A DNA stretch of 63,465 nucleotides, filler included, from Chiloscyllium plagiosum (taxonomy: Eukaryota): assembly GCF_004010195.1 (NCBI RefSeq). It is 3 parts of one record of this genome, joined end to end, with 100 filler letters (N's around TTAATTAATTAA, not from the genome) between each part and the next. Parts side by side here need not be neighbours in the genome. Positions count along the whole stretch, not along the records: positions 28,738 to 60,026 come from NC_057712.1; positions 60,127 to 63,465 come from NC_057712.1; 1 more part is not named here. One strand, 5' to 3'. Below the pieces are notes generated by a model. The model was given only the letters and a program-made list of their open reading frames with translations. It ran no database searches and was not told where the DNA came from. Shown piece after piece: positions 50,771-62,600 of the stretch (position 1 is its first letter; every line of letters starts with the position of its first letter). The position numbers and the translations under genes are program-made.

Positions 50771-53700
50771 CATATTGATGATCCTTTCGATTCTTTCTTC
50801 CCCAACATAGTTTACACTTCTGGTATCCTCAAATCTGCAGCTTCCCTTCTTATCAAAAGTAGCTCACTTGTTCCTTCTAATATTTGACATGGACTGTTTT
50901 GTTTGAAGGCATAACATTTCCTGCAATTAACCGTTTTACTTCAGAGCATTCCTTCTGCAGGCAGTCTTAATTGTCCATTTGAGGCATCAAATTATCAAGC
51001 AGTATTACCTCTTCTCTCCCAGGAAACAAATTGTCATTGTTGTTTCAACTTCTTTTTCCCAGGGATGGTTAATTAGCATTTTGCTTGAAATTTCTTTATC
51101 ACAGTTTCTCCTTGTCTGTTTCATCTCGGTAAACAGTTTATTCCAGAAAGAGTTATTGCTCATCCTTTAAATCTATGAAGTCATTATAGTTCTGAAGTTT
51201 ACAGTATCATACTTAGGTGCTTATTGGACCAATTATTTTCCTGGTTATCCACTTGCCCCTAATCTACTTTAAATATGCTTTTGGATTTTCCTTTATTTTA
51301 CCCTCCCCCCTGTTTTCATGCCCCTCTCTGTTTTCCTAATTTCTTTCTCAATAAGTTCTATATGCCTCTTGGGCATTTGGTGTCCTGAACCCTTAGTATT
51401 TACCACAGTCTTCTCTTTCCTTCACCTTGCAATCTTGTGCATGCCTCGCTACTCAGGGTTTTGTGGAATTTTTGGCTCCAGTCTTTAACCTTACAGGAGC
51501 GTGTTGTCCATGTACTTTCACTATTTCCTTTCTGAATGTTTTCCACTGCTTTGTGGATTTTCTTGCAAGTATTTGCTCTTTGTAGTCCACTTTGACCAGA
51601 TCCTGACTTATATTAAAATCTGCTTTCCCCTAAACCCTTTATTTCTGGACCATCTTTTTTTGTTTTCTGTAACTACTCTAAATCACAGTGTTACAGTCAC
51701 TCACCAAAATGCTTGCTCAGCTTGGTTCAGTGAAACTAGGCCCAGTACTTCATACACTGTAGTATTTTCTGCATGCTGACTCTCCTTGTTATATTTTAAT
51801 AATTCCATGCTCTTGAATACTTTGAGACTTTGTCTATCCGGATTAATATTGGGTAACTTTAAATTGCCTACTGTTTTCTACTATATACGCTATTATTTTT
51901 ACACTTCTCTGAAATTTGCCTCCATGTCTGTCCTTCTGTGATTGCTCCAATTTGTTTTTAAATTCTAACCATATGGCCAAAATGAGGGCATCTTTTTAAG
52001 TTATCGACGCTGCTTATTGCAGGAGTTGACTCCTTGACCAATATTGTGACATCTCTTTTACATGCATTCCTGCCCCTCCTGCAAGTTGTAAATGCTGTTC
52101 GTCCCACTGTTTCTTCACCCATGCCTTTATGATAACAATGATGACGTGTTCCCTTGTGTTAATCAGCACCTAAACTCTGTCTTACTCGCAAGAGTTTTTG
52201 AATTATAGTAAATGCTATCTGATCATGCTGAGTTCCTTTTATCTTCTTTATTTATGGTCTGTCTGCAAGATCGACTGGGCTTCTTTTGTACATTTGCTTG
52301 TGCGTTAACTACTGCAGGGCCTGCAGACCTTTAGTTTAGCTCCTCCACCAACAACACCAGCACTGCCTCACCCCTCCGTGGAAAGAATGTTAAGGTACAG
52401 CCAGAAATGGACTCAGTGATTCAGGATTTGAAAACCAATCCTCCTGCACCAAGTGTTCAGCCACATATTCACCTGCTCTAACTCCCCAGTCCTATACTCA
52501 CTTGGAAGTGACATTGAGAATAATGGCACACTCTGAGATCATGCCTTTCAATTTGCTGTCTAGCTTCCTGAACTCCTGTTACAAGACCATGTCCCCTTTC
52601 TAACTATGCTTTTGGAACCATGACCACTAATTGTTTGATCTACTCCTTCAGAATTGCCTGCAGCCATTCAGTGATACACTTTATCCTGGTCTCTGAATTA
52701 ACTCAACATTTGGCCACAAAACGCTATTATTGATGTTTCTAGCGCGTCCCCACAAGCTGAGCACTCTGATTGTTCTCCCTGGAGAAACCGTCACTCTCCA
52801 TTTATCAGCCAAGAAAATCTGTTCTGGAATGAAATGTGCTCTGGAGATTTCCTGACTGCCTTGCTCCTTCCAACTGCTGATCACCCATTTTTTCCTTGAT
52901 TGCACTTCTTTAACTTGCAGGTTAATTGTCTAAAAACTTGTTTATATATGTAACTGTGTCTTACAAATGCACTTGAGTGTCTTCAGCCAACTCTCAAGCT
53001 CCAAAACCTGGCATTCAAGTTGATAGATTGATGGCGCTTCCTGCAGATGTGGTGATGCAAACTGCTAGGTGCATCCAAGGTTTCCTGTATTCTGCAAGTC
53101 GTATTCTGCAAGGACTGAGCTCCTCAGCCACATCTTCAGTTTAAAAAAAAACTAAATTTCAGCCAAGTAGAAAATTCACTACATTTTCTATCAAAATAAA
53201 GAAGCTAGAACTTTAACCTTTTGTTTATGCAGATTTAAAGTGGATAACACAGTACATCCACGGCCTACTGATCAGCTCACTGCTTTGTACTGCTGTCACT
53301 TTTACCAGCCACCTTCAATTTCAGCAAGGTTCTTGTTGGGGGTTAGCTGCTGCTGCTGCAACTGAGCTCAGTCTAGGTCTGGCCTGGCCTCTCAGATGGA
53401 GTAGAGCAGAACAAACCTGTGGTGAATGGAGTTCCATTGCCTCTATTCACCACAGGTTTGTTCTGCTGTACTCCGCTGCCACTTCAACTAGCTCCTCTTT
53501 CAGTCAGAGTAGACTTTAGACCAGAAAATGTTATCATTTATGTCTGCTTCACTGCGATGGTGACTTCCTCCACAATCCTTGTCTGCTTCACAACGATGCT
53601 AAATGCTGCACATCAACTTATCGCTACGTTGTACATTCTGCTATGTCCCTACAGAATCCTTTAAATTCAGTCAATAATCTTGTTAACTCTTTTCATTCTC

Positions 53701-53879
53701 TCCTCTAAACACAAAAGTATGGTGTTAAACCTCTGAAATCGTTCAGTCTTAGCTAACTGAATAGTAGGTGATTCAATTTAGGACTTGTCTCATTCTCCTT
53801 CTGCATCATCCACACTATCCTTGGATCTTCCACTTCTCATGCTACTGATACATTTGTAATTAGCCTCCTTCCAACAGTG

Positions 53880-54510
53880 ATAATGCTTCAACATACGATG
53901 AGAGAACTAATTCTTTTCCCGGTGACTTGAGGTGTCCATCAGACAATATCCTTGACCGATCCCTTTTGACAACCCTATATGGATCACCGAATCATGCTTT
54001 CATTGGTTCATCCAGTAAAGGTAGTGGTATGACTATCTCATCCATTGGTTGAAATGTTTGGGACTGGGTGTGCTTTTTGGTTCATTGTTTTATGGTTATT
54101 TATCGTGCATAATCGTTTGAGCTACTTCCCAGGCTCCTGCTAGCTGTTCCAGAGTACAGTAACTTCATCTAACCTGGATGACTCATCTTTCAGTCCTAAA
54201 AACAATTTATTTGATTAGTTTCACAGGTTCCCTTATCTCATTGTCATAAATTAATTCAAAAGGACCTAAATAAATACTCATTCGGTGAATCCTGTGTGCA
54301 AACAAAAGAAACACATCATTATTTTGAGGTGATGTCTTTCTAAAGTTTCTTGAATTTGTGGATAGTATGCTGAAAACTTGAGCTTTATTATGTCCAAATA
54401 ACTGATAACTTCCTGAAAAGTTTTAAACATGAAATTAGAATCTTGATCAGTTTGGTCCTTGATCACTAATTCATATCGTGAGAAGAACTGGATTTGCTTT
54501 TCCAACACTA
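53880..54510 (-). mobile_element. Decayed Gypsy integrase region
   Basis: TDQDSNFM..F...SAYYPQIQETLER (DQG-x-F / SAYHPQ...ER core) and a downstream FGDPYRVVKR (GPY-like) motif. Confidence 0.7.
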
Positions 54511-55132
54511 CTGCTGATTGCCTTTAAGGGTAAATGTGGATAGTGTTCAGAAAAAATAAATTAATTAATGGGTATAATCTTATAATCATTTAGGAGATAT
54601 GATAATGAGGTCCAAGCTGGGAACTAAAGATTCAGTTTTTTTTGGACATAACAAGCAGGAAAGAAAAGATGGTGAGTAGTAAGAGTATGACAGCACAAGA
54701 TGATTTTGGATAGGAAAGTATAGAATCCGTATGGATTGAGGTGAGCAATAATGAAAGGGGGGAGACACTGGTGGGTGGGAATCTTTTCTAGGACCCCTAA
54801 TAGTGCCTGTACAGAGAATAAGTTAGGAAATACTGGGGCATGTTAAAAAGAAAAGCTGTACATTGATCATGGGTGACTTTAATCTTTGTGTAGATCAGGA
54901 AAATCAGATATGATGTGTAATGAGACAGTGCTAATAAATGAGTGAAAGCATAGTAAACTGTAGTGTACATTCTTAATGTGAGAAAATTGTCTGAACTGAA
55001 GTAAGGGTAATTACAAAGGAATGATTGCAGTGTTGCCTAGAGTAGGGTACTGGGCAAGGAATTCAACAAAAAAAGGATGGTTGAAGAACAAAGGCAGACA
55101 CTTAAGAAAAACGTTAAAGATATTTATCGCCT

Positions 55133-55265
55133 GTTTTGAGAAGATTTTTAGCTCAGGTTGAGGTTCTGGTGTAAGTTTGCTCTCTGAGCTGGAAGGTTTG
55201 TTTTCAGACGTTTCATCATCATTATAGGTAACATCATTAGTGAGCCTCTGGTGAAGCTCAGTGCG
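55133..55265 (-). mobile_element. PLE terminal-repeat fragment, same family as 9740-9872
   Basis: Reverse-complement match; decayed hammerhead CTAATGA...GAAACGTC. Confidence 0.85.
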
Positions 55266-55502
55266 TAAACTTATGTCCATAGGTATAGCCCAGCGAGAAG
55301 AAGGATTTAAGGATGGGGATAAACAAACCATGGTTAAGGAAGGAAATACGAATAAGGTTAGCACCAAATAGTGGGAAATTGAGGTTAAACTAGCAAGTGA
55401 TATGAAATAAGGACCGCAAGAGTTTCTTGAAATGCACATAAAAGAAGATAGACCAAAGTGCATGTAGATCTCAGGGAAATGATAATGGGAATAACAGGAA
55501 AT

Positions 55503-55907
55503 TCAAAGTTTGTGCGAAGATTTGTAGCTCGGGTGCTCGTTGTTGTGGTTCTGTTCGCCGAGCTGGAAGTTTTTGTTGCAAACGTTTCGTCCCCTGGCTA
55601 GGCGACATCATCAGTGCTTGGGAGCCTCCTGCGAAGCGCTTCTTTGATGTTTCCTCCGGTGTTTATAGTGGTCTGTCCCTGCCGCTTCCGGTTGTCAGTT
55701 TCAGCTGTCCGCTGTTGTGGTTGGTATATTGGGTCCAGGTCGATGTGTTTGTTGATGGAGTTTGTGGATGAATGCCATGCCTCTAGGAATTCCCTGGCTG
55801 TTCTCTGTCTGGCTTGCCCTATGATAGTAGTGTTGTCCCAGTCGAATTCATGTTGCTTGTTGTCTGCGTGTGTGGCTACTAAGGATAGCTGGTCGTGTCA
55901 TTTCGTG
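55503..55907 (-). mobile_element. Young PLE 3' end, left inverted arm of the composite insertion
   Basis: Near-identical reverse complement of 56846-57209. Intact hammerhead core at 55578-55617. Confidence 0.93.
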
Positions 55908-56732
55908 TTCCATTTATATCGTTTATTGATTTATCTCACTGGGTTTCAACCTCATTAAATGATCACCAGCTAAGTACTTTGCCCATCATTGCTGGACTAC
56001 CATCAATCCCTTTAATGAAACCTGCAAGTGTTGCCTTCCCTACAATGGTGTTGTAAAGTATCATACTTCATCATTTAACTTTTTGTTAAAGCAGATGTAC
56101 AAATGTACCCTGATAACACGATGGATCCAGATTTCCTGCTGTAATTATTACTGTGGAAGGATTGAAGCAAGGCCATATGGGCAGCTGGGATTTTGACCAA
56201 ATTGCTGACAGATTGATGACAATGACATTTCTGGTGGAAACGTCAGCATAATGGTACCTGAGGTAATGGGGTATGTGCAGTGGACAAGAACGCACATTGC
56301 TGAACACAAGAGCATTTCTGGATAAGCATTATTTAACACTAATTAAGCTGGGATTTGTTCCTTGTTCAAATCTTGTCCCCACCGCCCTCACACACAAAGC
56401 TTTCTCCCAGACTGCAGAACAGGAGGGAGCCCTCAGCCACTTAACTGGCAAGCGTCACACCTTCAGTCAGATTGAAGAAGGCTGGGTGCGGAAATAACAG
56501 AGGAAGGAGGGTGGGGGAATTGGGTGGAGATGGAACCCAGAGAGACAACAGCTGTTGAGCAGACAAAGGGATGGATTATAACAGGCTGGTGAGAGTGAAT
56601 TACTGATAGTAGGGACCACAAGTATTTTAAAACGTGTTACCAGCTTGTTTTCTCTAAATTCATGGAATCTGGGCACTACTGGCTAGGATAGCATTTGTTA
56701 TCCACCCAGTTAGCCACATTGCTGTGGGGTAC

Positions 56733-57209
56733 CCAACATGAGCAAAACTAATGTAGTGTACAAAATCCCATGCAAGGACTGCACTAAACACTATATAGGA
56801 CAAACAGGAAGACAGCTAGCAATCCGCATACATGAATATCAACTAGCCACGAAACGACACGACCGCTATCCTTAGTAGCCACACACGCAGACAACAAGCA
56901 ACATGAATTCGACTGGGGCAACACTACTATCATAGGGCAAGCCAGACAGAGAACAGCCAGGGAATTCCTAGAGGCATGGCATTCATCCACAAACTCCATC
57001 AACAAACACATCGACCTGGACCCAATATACCAACCACTACAGCGGACAGCTGAAACTGACAACCGGAAGCGGCAGGGACAGACCACTATAAACACCGGAG
57101 GAAACATCAAAGAAGCGCTTCGCAGGAGGCTCCCAAGCACTGATGATGTCGCCTAGCCAGGGGACGAAACGTTTGCAACAAAAACTTCCAGCTCGGCGAA
57201 TAGAACCAC
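56733..57209 (+). mobile_element. Young PLE GIY-YIG and 3' end, right arm of the composite insertion
   Basis: NVVYKIPCKDCTKHYIGQTGRQLAIRIHEYQLATKRHD...EFLEAWHS...SINKH. Confidence 0.93.
57137..57176 (+). ncRNA. Minimal hammerhead motif, core intact
   Basis: GCA-CTGATGA-T-GTCGCCT-AGCC-AGGGGAC-GAAA-CGTT-TGC. Stem I is GCA/TGC, with palindromic ACGT and a GUU triplet. The mirror copy is at 55578-55617 (-). Confidence 0.75.
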
Positions 57210-58629
57210 AATAACAGGAAATGGCAGAACAATTGAATAAATAATTTGCATCAGTCTTTACAGTAGAACTCACTAGCAGCATTACAAAACTGCCAAATAA
57301 TCAAGGGGCAAAAGGGTGAAGAAATAAATATAATAATACAATACAACATCACTAGAGAGAAAGTACTAGGGAAGCTAATGGGGCTAAAGCCCAATAAGTC
57401 TCCTTAGCCCAATGGATTGCATCTTGGGAAATGACTTCGTAAAGGATATGAAGTCGCTGCAGAAAAGCTTTGCAGGGTTGATTCTGGATTTGGAGGAGAA
57501 CTTGAATAGTTTGGGCCTGTACTCATTGAAATTTAGAAGAAAGAGCAGAGACCTTGTTCAAATGCATTAGATTCTGAGGGGACATGACAAGCTGGATTCT
57601 GAGAATTGTCTCTTCCTGTGGGGTTGTCCAGGACCAGAGTGTATAACATCAGAGAATCAGATCATCCATGACCTCATTGAGTGGTGGAACAGACTCAAAA
57701 GGACTGATTAGCCCTTGTCATCTTGTCATCTTATGGCATCTGGGAATTGAATATTCATAGCTAAGATAGCAAGGATGTACTGTTGTCATGCTTTTGTTTT
57801 TGGGAAAGGTCTCACACAATGCAGCAGAATCCTAATAATAGGTTCCTTAAAAAAAACTGGTGTGGGAATTCAGGTTGCTGCTTTGATTGCATGTTTCAGT
57901 TTTCCCACAATGTGAAGATCTAGACAATAAAAATGTTAACTGTTCTCGGTCTTCCAGATTCTGATATGCCCTGCCACAGAAATTTCTTTGGCTATTCTTA
58001 ATATTGTTGTTGATATTTGGTTTGGGCTTTTCTATGTAAGTAGGTATTTTTCCTTGGGATACGACTTGCCAATAACTCCTCTTCCTTTTCCAGCATTCAT
58101 TGCAGTGTTTATCCTTGGCCTCACAGTTGCACTTGGAACTGGAACTTGTTCTGTTGCATTCTTGGTCCTTTTCTCACTGACCTTGTGTATCGTGGCAAAA
58201 GGAGTTGGAACTGAACAGTAGGGAAGTCTTACTGCAGTTGCCCAAATTTGCTGTTGAGATCTCATCTGGAGTGTCTTGAGCAGTTTTGCACTCCTTGTTT
58301 AAGGAAATATGTCATTTCATTGGAGGCAGTGCAGAGAGGATTCACTGGGATGATCCCTGAAGTTGATGGGTTGTCTTATTAGCAAAGGTTAAACAGATTG
58401 GGACTCTATTTACTGAAGTTGAGAAGAATGAGAGGTGATCTAATTGAAATAAAGGATTCTTAATAGAGTTAATGCTGAGAGGATGTTTTCCCTGATGGGA
58501 GAGTGGAGTTCCAAAGGGCATGGTCTCAGAATAAAGAGAGACCATTTTAAGACTGTTGAAAAATTTGTTCTGTCAGTGTGTGTGAGAGAGAGAGTGTATA
58601 ATGCAGTGGGGTCATCTGTAGTGTCCATC

Positions 58630-59365
58630 CCCTTCCCTCCTGGCACCTTCCCCTGCCACTGCAGGAATTGCAAAATCTGTGCCCACACTCCACCCACACT
58701 TCCGTCCAAAGCCCCAAAGGAGCCTTTCACATCCATCAAAGCTTCACCTGCACTTCCACCAATGTCATTTACTATATCCGTTGCTCCCGATGCGGTCTCC
58801 TCTACATTGGGGAGACTGGGCGCCGACTCGTAGAGCGTGACACCCGTGCCAATCAACCCCACCGCACTGTGGTTGAACATTTCAACTCCCCCTCCCACTC
58901 TGCCAGGGACATGCAGGTCCTGGGCTGCCTCCATCGCCACTCCCTTACTACCTGACGTCTGGAGGAAGATTGCCTCATCTTCTGCCTCGGAACCCTTCAA
59001 CCCCAGGGCATCAATATGGACTTCACCAGTTTCCTCATTTTCCCCCCCAGTTTCCTCATTTTCCCCCCCAGTTACCCCAGTTCCACCCTTCCAGCTCAGC
59101 GCCGTCCTCATGACCTGTCCTACCTGCAAATCTTTCTTCCCACCTATCCTCTCCAACCTATCACCTTTACCCTTACCACCACCTTCATCCATCTATTGCA
59201 CTCTCAGCTACCTTCTCCCCAGCCCCACCCCGCTCCCATTTATCTCTCCACCTCCGAGGTTCCCAGCCTCCTTCCTGATGAAGGGCTTTTGCTCGGAACG
59301 TTGATTTTCCTGCTCCTCGGATGCTGCCTGACCTGCTGTGCTTTTCCAGCACTACTCTAATCTCC
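58630..59365 (+). mobile_element. Second PLE family (Neptune-like, Cys motif + GIY-YIG), 3' part
   Basis: GTFPCHCRNCKIC and FTCTSTNVIYYIRCSRCGLLYIGETGRRL...VVEHFNSPSH. A hammerhead with GAAA changed to GGAA lies at ~59272-59302, and a 21-nt tandem duplication at ~59025-59072. Confidence 0.9.
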
Positions 59366-59509
59366 AGTCCCCACTTTCGCCTATTTGGCCTAAACGCTGC
59401 CTGTAACCTGAATGACTTTATTAATGATGTTTCTTTTAAGGTGAAAGGAAAGCACTGTTGTGACTTGCAGATTGACAACCAATTAAGTAAATTTCTGATA
59501 GTAGTTACA

Positions 59510-60026
59510 TTTGTTACCAAATGGGTCTCAACATTGTATAGTGATCCCAAAGCAGTTGTGGTTACCAATGGATTAGGTTCGGATAGTTTCAGTGTGGGTA
59601 GGGACTGCCGTCAGGGATGTCCCCTCTCGCCATTGTTATTTACGCTAATAATTGAACCACTAGCAGAAGCTATACGAGCTGATCCTAATAAAACGGCCCC
59701 GAGGATTGGTACAGGTAAACATAAAATTACCCTTTATGCAGATGATGTTCTTCTATTCCTCAGTAATCCTCTGATGTCCGTACCTCGCCTAATCCAAGTT
59801 ATTAATACATTTAGTGCATTCTCAGGCTATAAAATTAATTTTTCAAAATCGGAGGCTATGCCAATGGGTGGCCTTGCTATGATACCCCACTTAGTAGACG
59901 GATCCCTTTTTCCGTTTCGTTGGTCCCTGGAGGGCTTCTTATATTTAGGCATTTTTATTACTCCAGTATTTGGTCAGTTGTATAAGGCTAATTTTGTGCA
60001 TTTACTGGAAAGGATAAGGCAGGACC
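59510..60026 (+). mobile_element. L1 ORF2 RT fragment ending at the contig gap
   Basis: RQGCPLSPLLF, LYADDVLL and SGYKINFSKS; related to 14564-15070. Confidence 0.93.
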
Positions 60027-60126
60027 NNNNNNNNNNNNNNNNNNNNNNNNNNNNNNNNNNNNNNNNNNNNTTAATTAATTAANNNNNNNNNNNNNNNNNN
60101 NNNNNNNNNNNNNNNNNNNNNNNNNN
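60027..60126. other. Artificial contig spacer N44-TTAATTAATTAA-N44
   Basis: Identical to the first spacer. Confidence 0.98.
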
Positions 60127-60770
60127 AATGTTGTTTCTTATCTCAAGAGGGTTGGAATATAAAAGCAGAGATGTACTACTAAGACTTTATAAAGCTCTGG
60201 TTAGGCCCCATTTGGAGTACTGTGTCCAGTTTTGGTCCCCACACCTCAGGAAGGACATACTGGCACTGGAACGTGTCCAGCGGAGATTCACACGGATGAT
60301 CCCTGGAATGACAGGTCTAATATATGAGGAACGGCTGAGAATACTGGGATTGTATTCGTTGGAGTTTAGAAGATTAAGGGGAGACTTAATAGAGACGTAC
60401 AAAATAATACATGGCTTGGAAAAGGTGGATGCTAGGAAATTGTTTCAGTTAAACGAGGAGACTAAGACCCGTGGACACAGCCTTAGAATTAGAGGGGGTC
60501 ATTTCAGAACAGAAATGCGGAGACATTTCTTCAGCCAGAGAGTGGTGGGCCTGTGGAATTCATTGCCATGGAGTGCAGTGGAAGCCGGGACGCTAAATGT
60601 CTTCAAGGCCGAGATTGATAGATTCTTGTTGTCTCGAGGAATTAAGGGCTACGGGGAGAACGCTGGTAAGTGGAGCTGAAATGCACATCAGCCATGATTG
60701 AATGGTGGAGTGGACTCGGTGGGCCGAATGGCCTTACTTCCACTCCTATGTCTTATGGTCTTATGGTCTA
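60127..60770 (+). mobile_element. Young CR1 3' end with an open ORF2 C-terminus
   Basis: 183-aa uninterrupted ORF (LVRPHLEYCVQFWSP...FFSQRVVGLWNSLP) and a (TCTTATGG)n tail. A second HER1-type tail follows at 60771-60838. Confidence 0.95.
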
Positions 60771-61236
60771 ATATCTGATCGGTATGGACAAGTTGGACTG
60801 AAGGGTCTGTTTCCATGCTGTAGATCTCTATGACTCTGGGTGAAAACTTGTGCTGTACTCCATGGTGAGTTTGGTGGTGAGGGAATATTTATCAGGCTGC
60901 GGGATTGTGATTGGGGATTCTGTCAACTTTCTGCCTCCACCGCTATAAAGCCCGATAGCAGAGAGGCCTGTGGACCATCTCCCACTGTCCTGCCAATTGA
61001 AATCCATTTAAGGAGCACATCCTGCTTCCACTGGTACAATCCAATCGTGGGCTAGTATCGTGCGATGTAGGGAGAGTAACTGACCAGTTGGTCAAACTCT
61101 GGTCAAGCTCTATATTGAAGGAGGGGATGGTTGTCTCTTATTCAAAGGCACTCAGTGCTGATTGAGAGACCCAAAATGAGGATAGTCGTTAGTGCTGAAA
61201 GTCATTAATTGGCTTGCTGGTTGGCTGGTAGCACTT

Positions 61237-61572
61237 AGAATCATCGAGTCCCTACAGTGTGGAAATTGGTCTATACCAAATCTCTGAAAAGCATCCCCCC
61301 CAGACACACCCCATTCCTGTAACCCTGCATTTCCCATGGCTAACCTACCTAGTCTGCACTTCCCTGGATACTATGGGCAATTTAGCCTGGCAATCCACCT
61401 AATCTGCACACCTTTGGACTGTGTGAGGAAATTGGACCACCTGGGGAAACCCATGCAGAATTAGCAGGAATGTGCAAGCTCCACACAGACAGTCATCCGT
61501 GGGTGGAATCAAACCTGGGTCCCTGGGCGCTGTGAGGTAACAGTGCTAACCACTGAGCCACCATGTTGCCCT
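61237..61572 (-). mobile_element. Older HE1-type SINE
   Basis: Reverse-complement head and V-domain. Confidence 0.88.
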
Positions 61573-61656
61573 AGCTCTTGGTGGACAGGTCCTTGGGTTT
61601 TTCACCATGGGGGGAGGCCCATCACTGGCCTGTTAAAGGATGCAGAAGAAATATCA

Positions 61657-61985
61657 GGGTGGCACGGTGGCACAATGGTTAGCACTGCTGCCTCACAGTG
61701 CCAGAGACCCGGGTTCAATTCCCGCCTCAGGTGACTGACTGTGTGGAGTTTGCACATTCTCCCCGTGTCTGTGAGAGTTTCCTCTGGGTGCTCCGGTTTC
61801 CTCCCACAGTCCAAAAATGTGCAGGTTAGGTGAATTGGCCATGCTAAATTGCCCGTAGTGTTAGGTGAAGGGGTAAATGTAAGGGAATGGGTCTGGGTGG
61901 GTTGCACTTCGGTGGGTCGGTGTGGACTTGTTGGGCCGAAGGGCCTGTTTCAACACTGTAAGTAATCTAATCTAATCTAAAAAAA
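61657..61985 (+). mobile_element. Young HE1-type V-SINE
   Basis: Full length with (TAATC)n/A tail. Confidence 0.95.
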
Positions 61986-62039
61986 TAAGTGTCTGATTGG
62001 CCTAAGATATGGCAACCACTGGGGAGATAGTGCTTGATT

Positions 62040-62600
62040 AGTTACCCAAAGGCCCAGAATATGGCTCTGAGGTTAAGGCTTTGAATCCAACCACAGAAGC
62101 TATTTTAATTTAAATTCGATGAGTAGAATTGGAATATAAAGCCAGTCTCGGTAATGCTAACTGTGGCAACTATAATTGATTATTGTATAAAACTCATCTG
62201 GTTCAATCCTTTTAGTGAAGGAAATCTGTCACCCTTGGTCTCGCCATGATTTGGAGATGCCGGTGTTGAACTGGGGTGGACAAAGTTAAAAATCACACAA
62301 CACCAGGTTATAGTCCAACAGGTTTATTTGAAAGCACTAGCTTTCAGCGCTCCAAAAGCTAGTGCTTCCAAATAAACCTGTTAGACTATAACCTGGTGTT
62401 GTGTGATCTTTAACTTGGTCTAGCCTATCTATGACTCCAGATCCAGAATAATGTTGTTGACTCCTTAATTGCCCTTGAACAGGGTGCTTGCTACGTCATT
62501 TCAGATGGCATTAGAGATAGACAACAAATGCCCACATCCCACAAAAGATCTTTAAAAGATAGACAACAAATGCCCACATCCCACAAAAGATCTTTAAAAA
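62040..62600 (+). mobile_element. Old Deu-domain SINE (SacSINE1-like), with a PLE-derived insertion and a 42-nt tail duplication
   Basis: AAACTCATCTGGTTCA...TTTAGTGAAGGAAATCTGTCACCCTT...TGACTCCAGA motifs. AGATAGACAACAAATGCCCACATCCCACAAAAGATCTTTAAA occurs twice. Confidence 0.65.
62242..62413. mobile_element. Fold-back PLE-derived mini-element with 8-bp TSD
   Basis: CTTGGTCT at 62234-62241 and 62414-62421. The arms 62283-62344 and 62355-62416 are inverted repeats. Confidence 0.85.

Larger units (their letters stand above)
54600..57740 (+). mobile_element. Old CR1 hosting PLE insertions
   Basis: IMGDFN remnant. EMIMG-(insertion)-EMAEQLNK*FASVFT continues across 55503-57209. Confidence 0.75.

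Noticed and set aside
51000..53150. T-rich region with several short hydrophobic ORFs
   Set aside because: Most likely a very old antisense CR1; too decayed to delimit and no coding support.
55614..57140. Two near-identical 114-118 aa ORFs as a duplicated gene
   Set aside because: They are antisense frames of the two inverted PLE arms.
57988..58221. Hydrophobic 77-aa ORF as a membrane protein
   Set aside because: Non-ATG start, T-rich composition explains the hydrophobicity, and no recognisable homology or splice context.
58440..59304. 250-aa minus-strand ORF and Pro/Ser-rich plus-strand ORF
   Set aside because: Alternative frames of a PLE 3' region.
59321..60082. 253-aa ORF as a novel RT gene
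   Set aside because: Chance read-through of a PLE tail, unique DNA, an L1 RT fragment and the gap.
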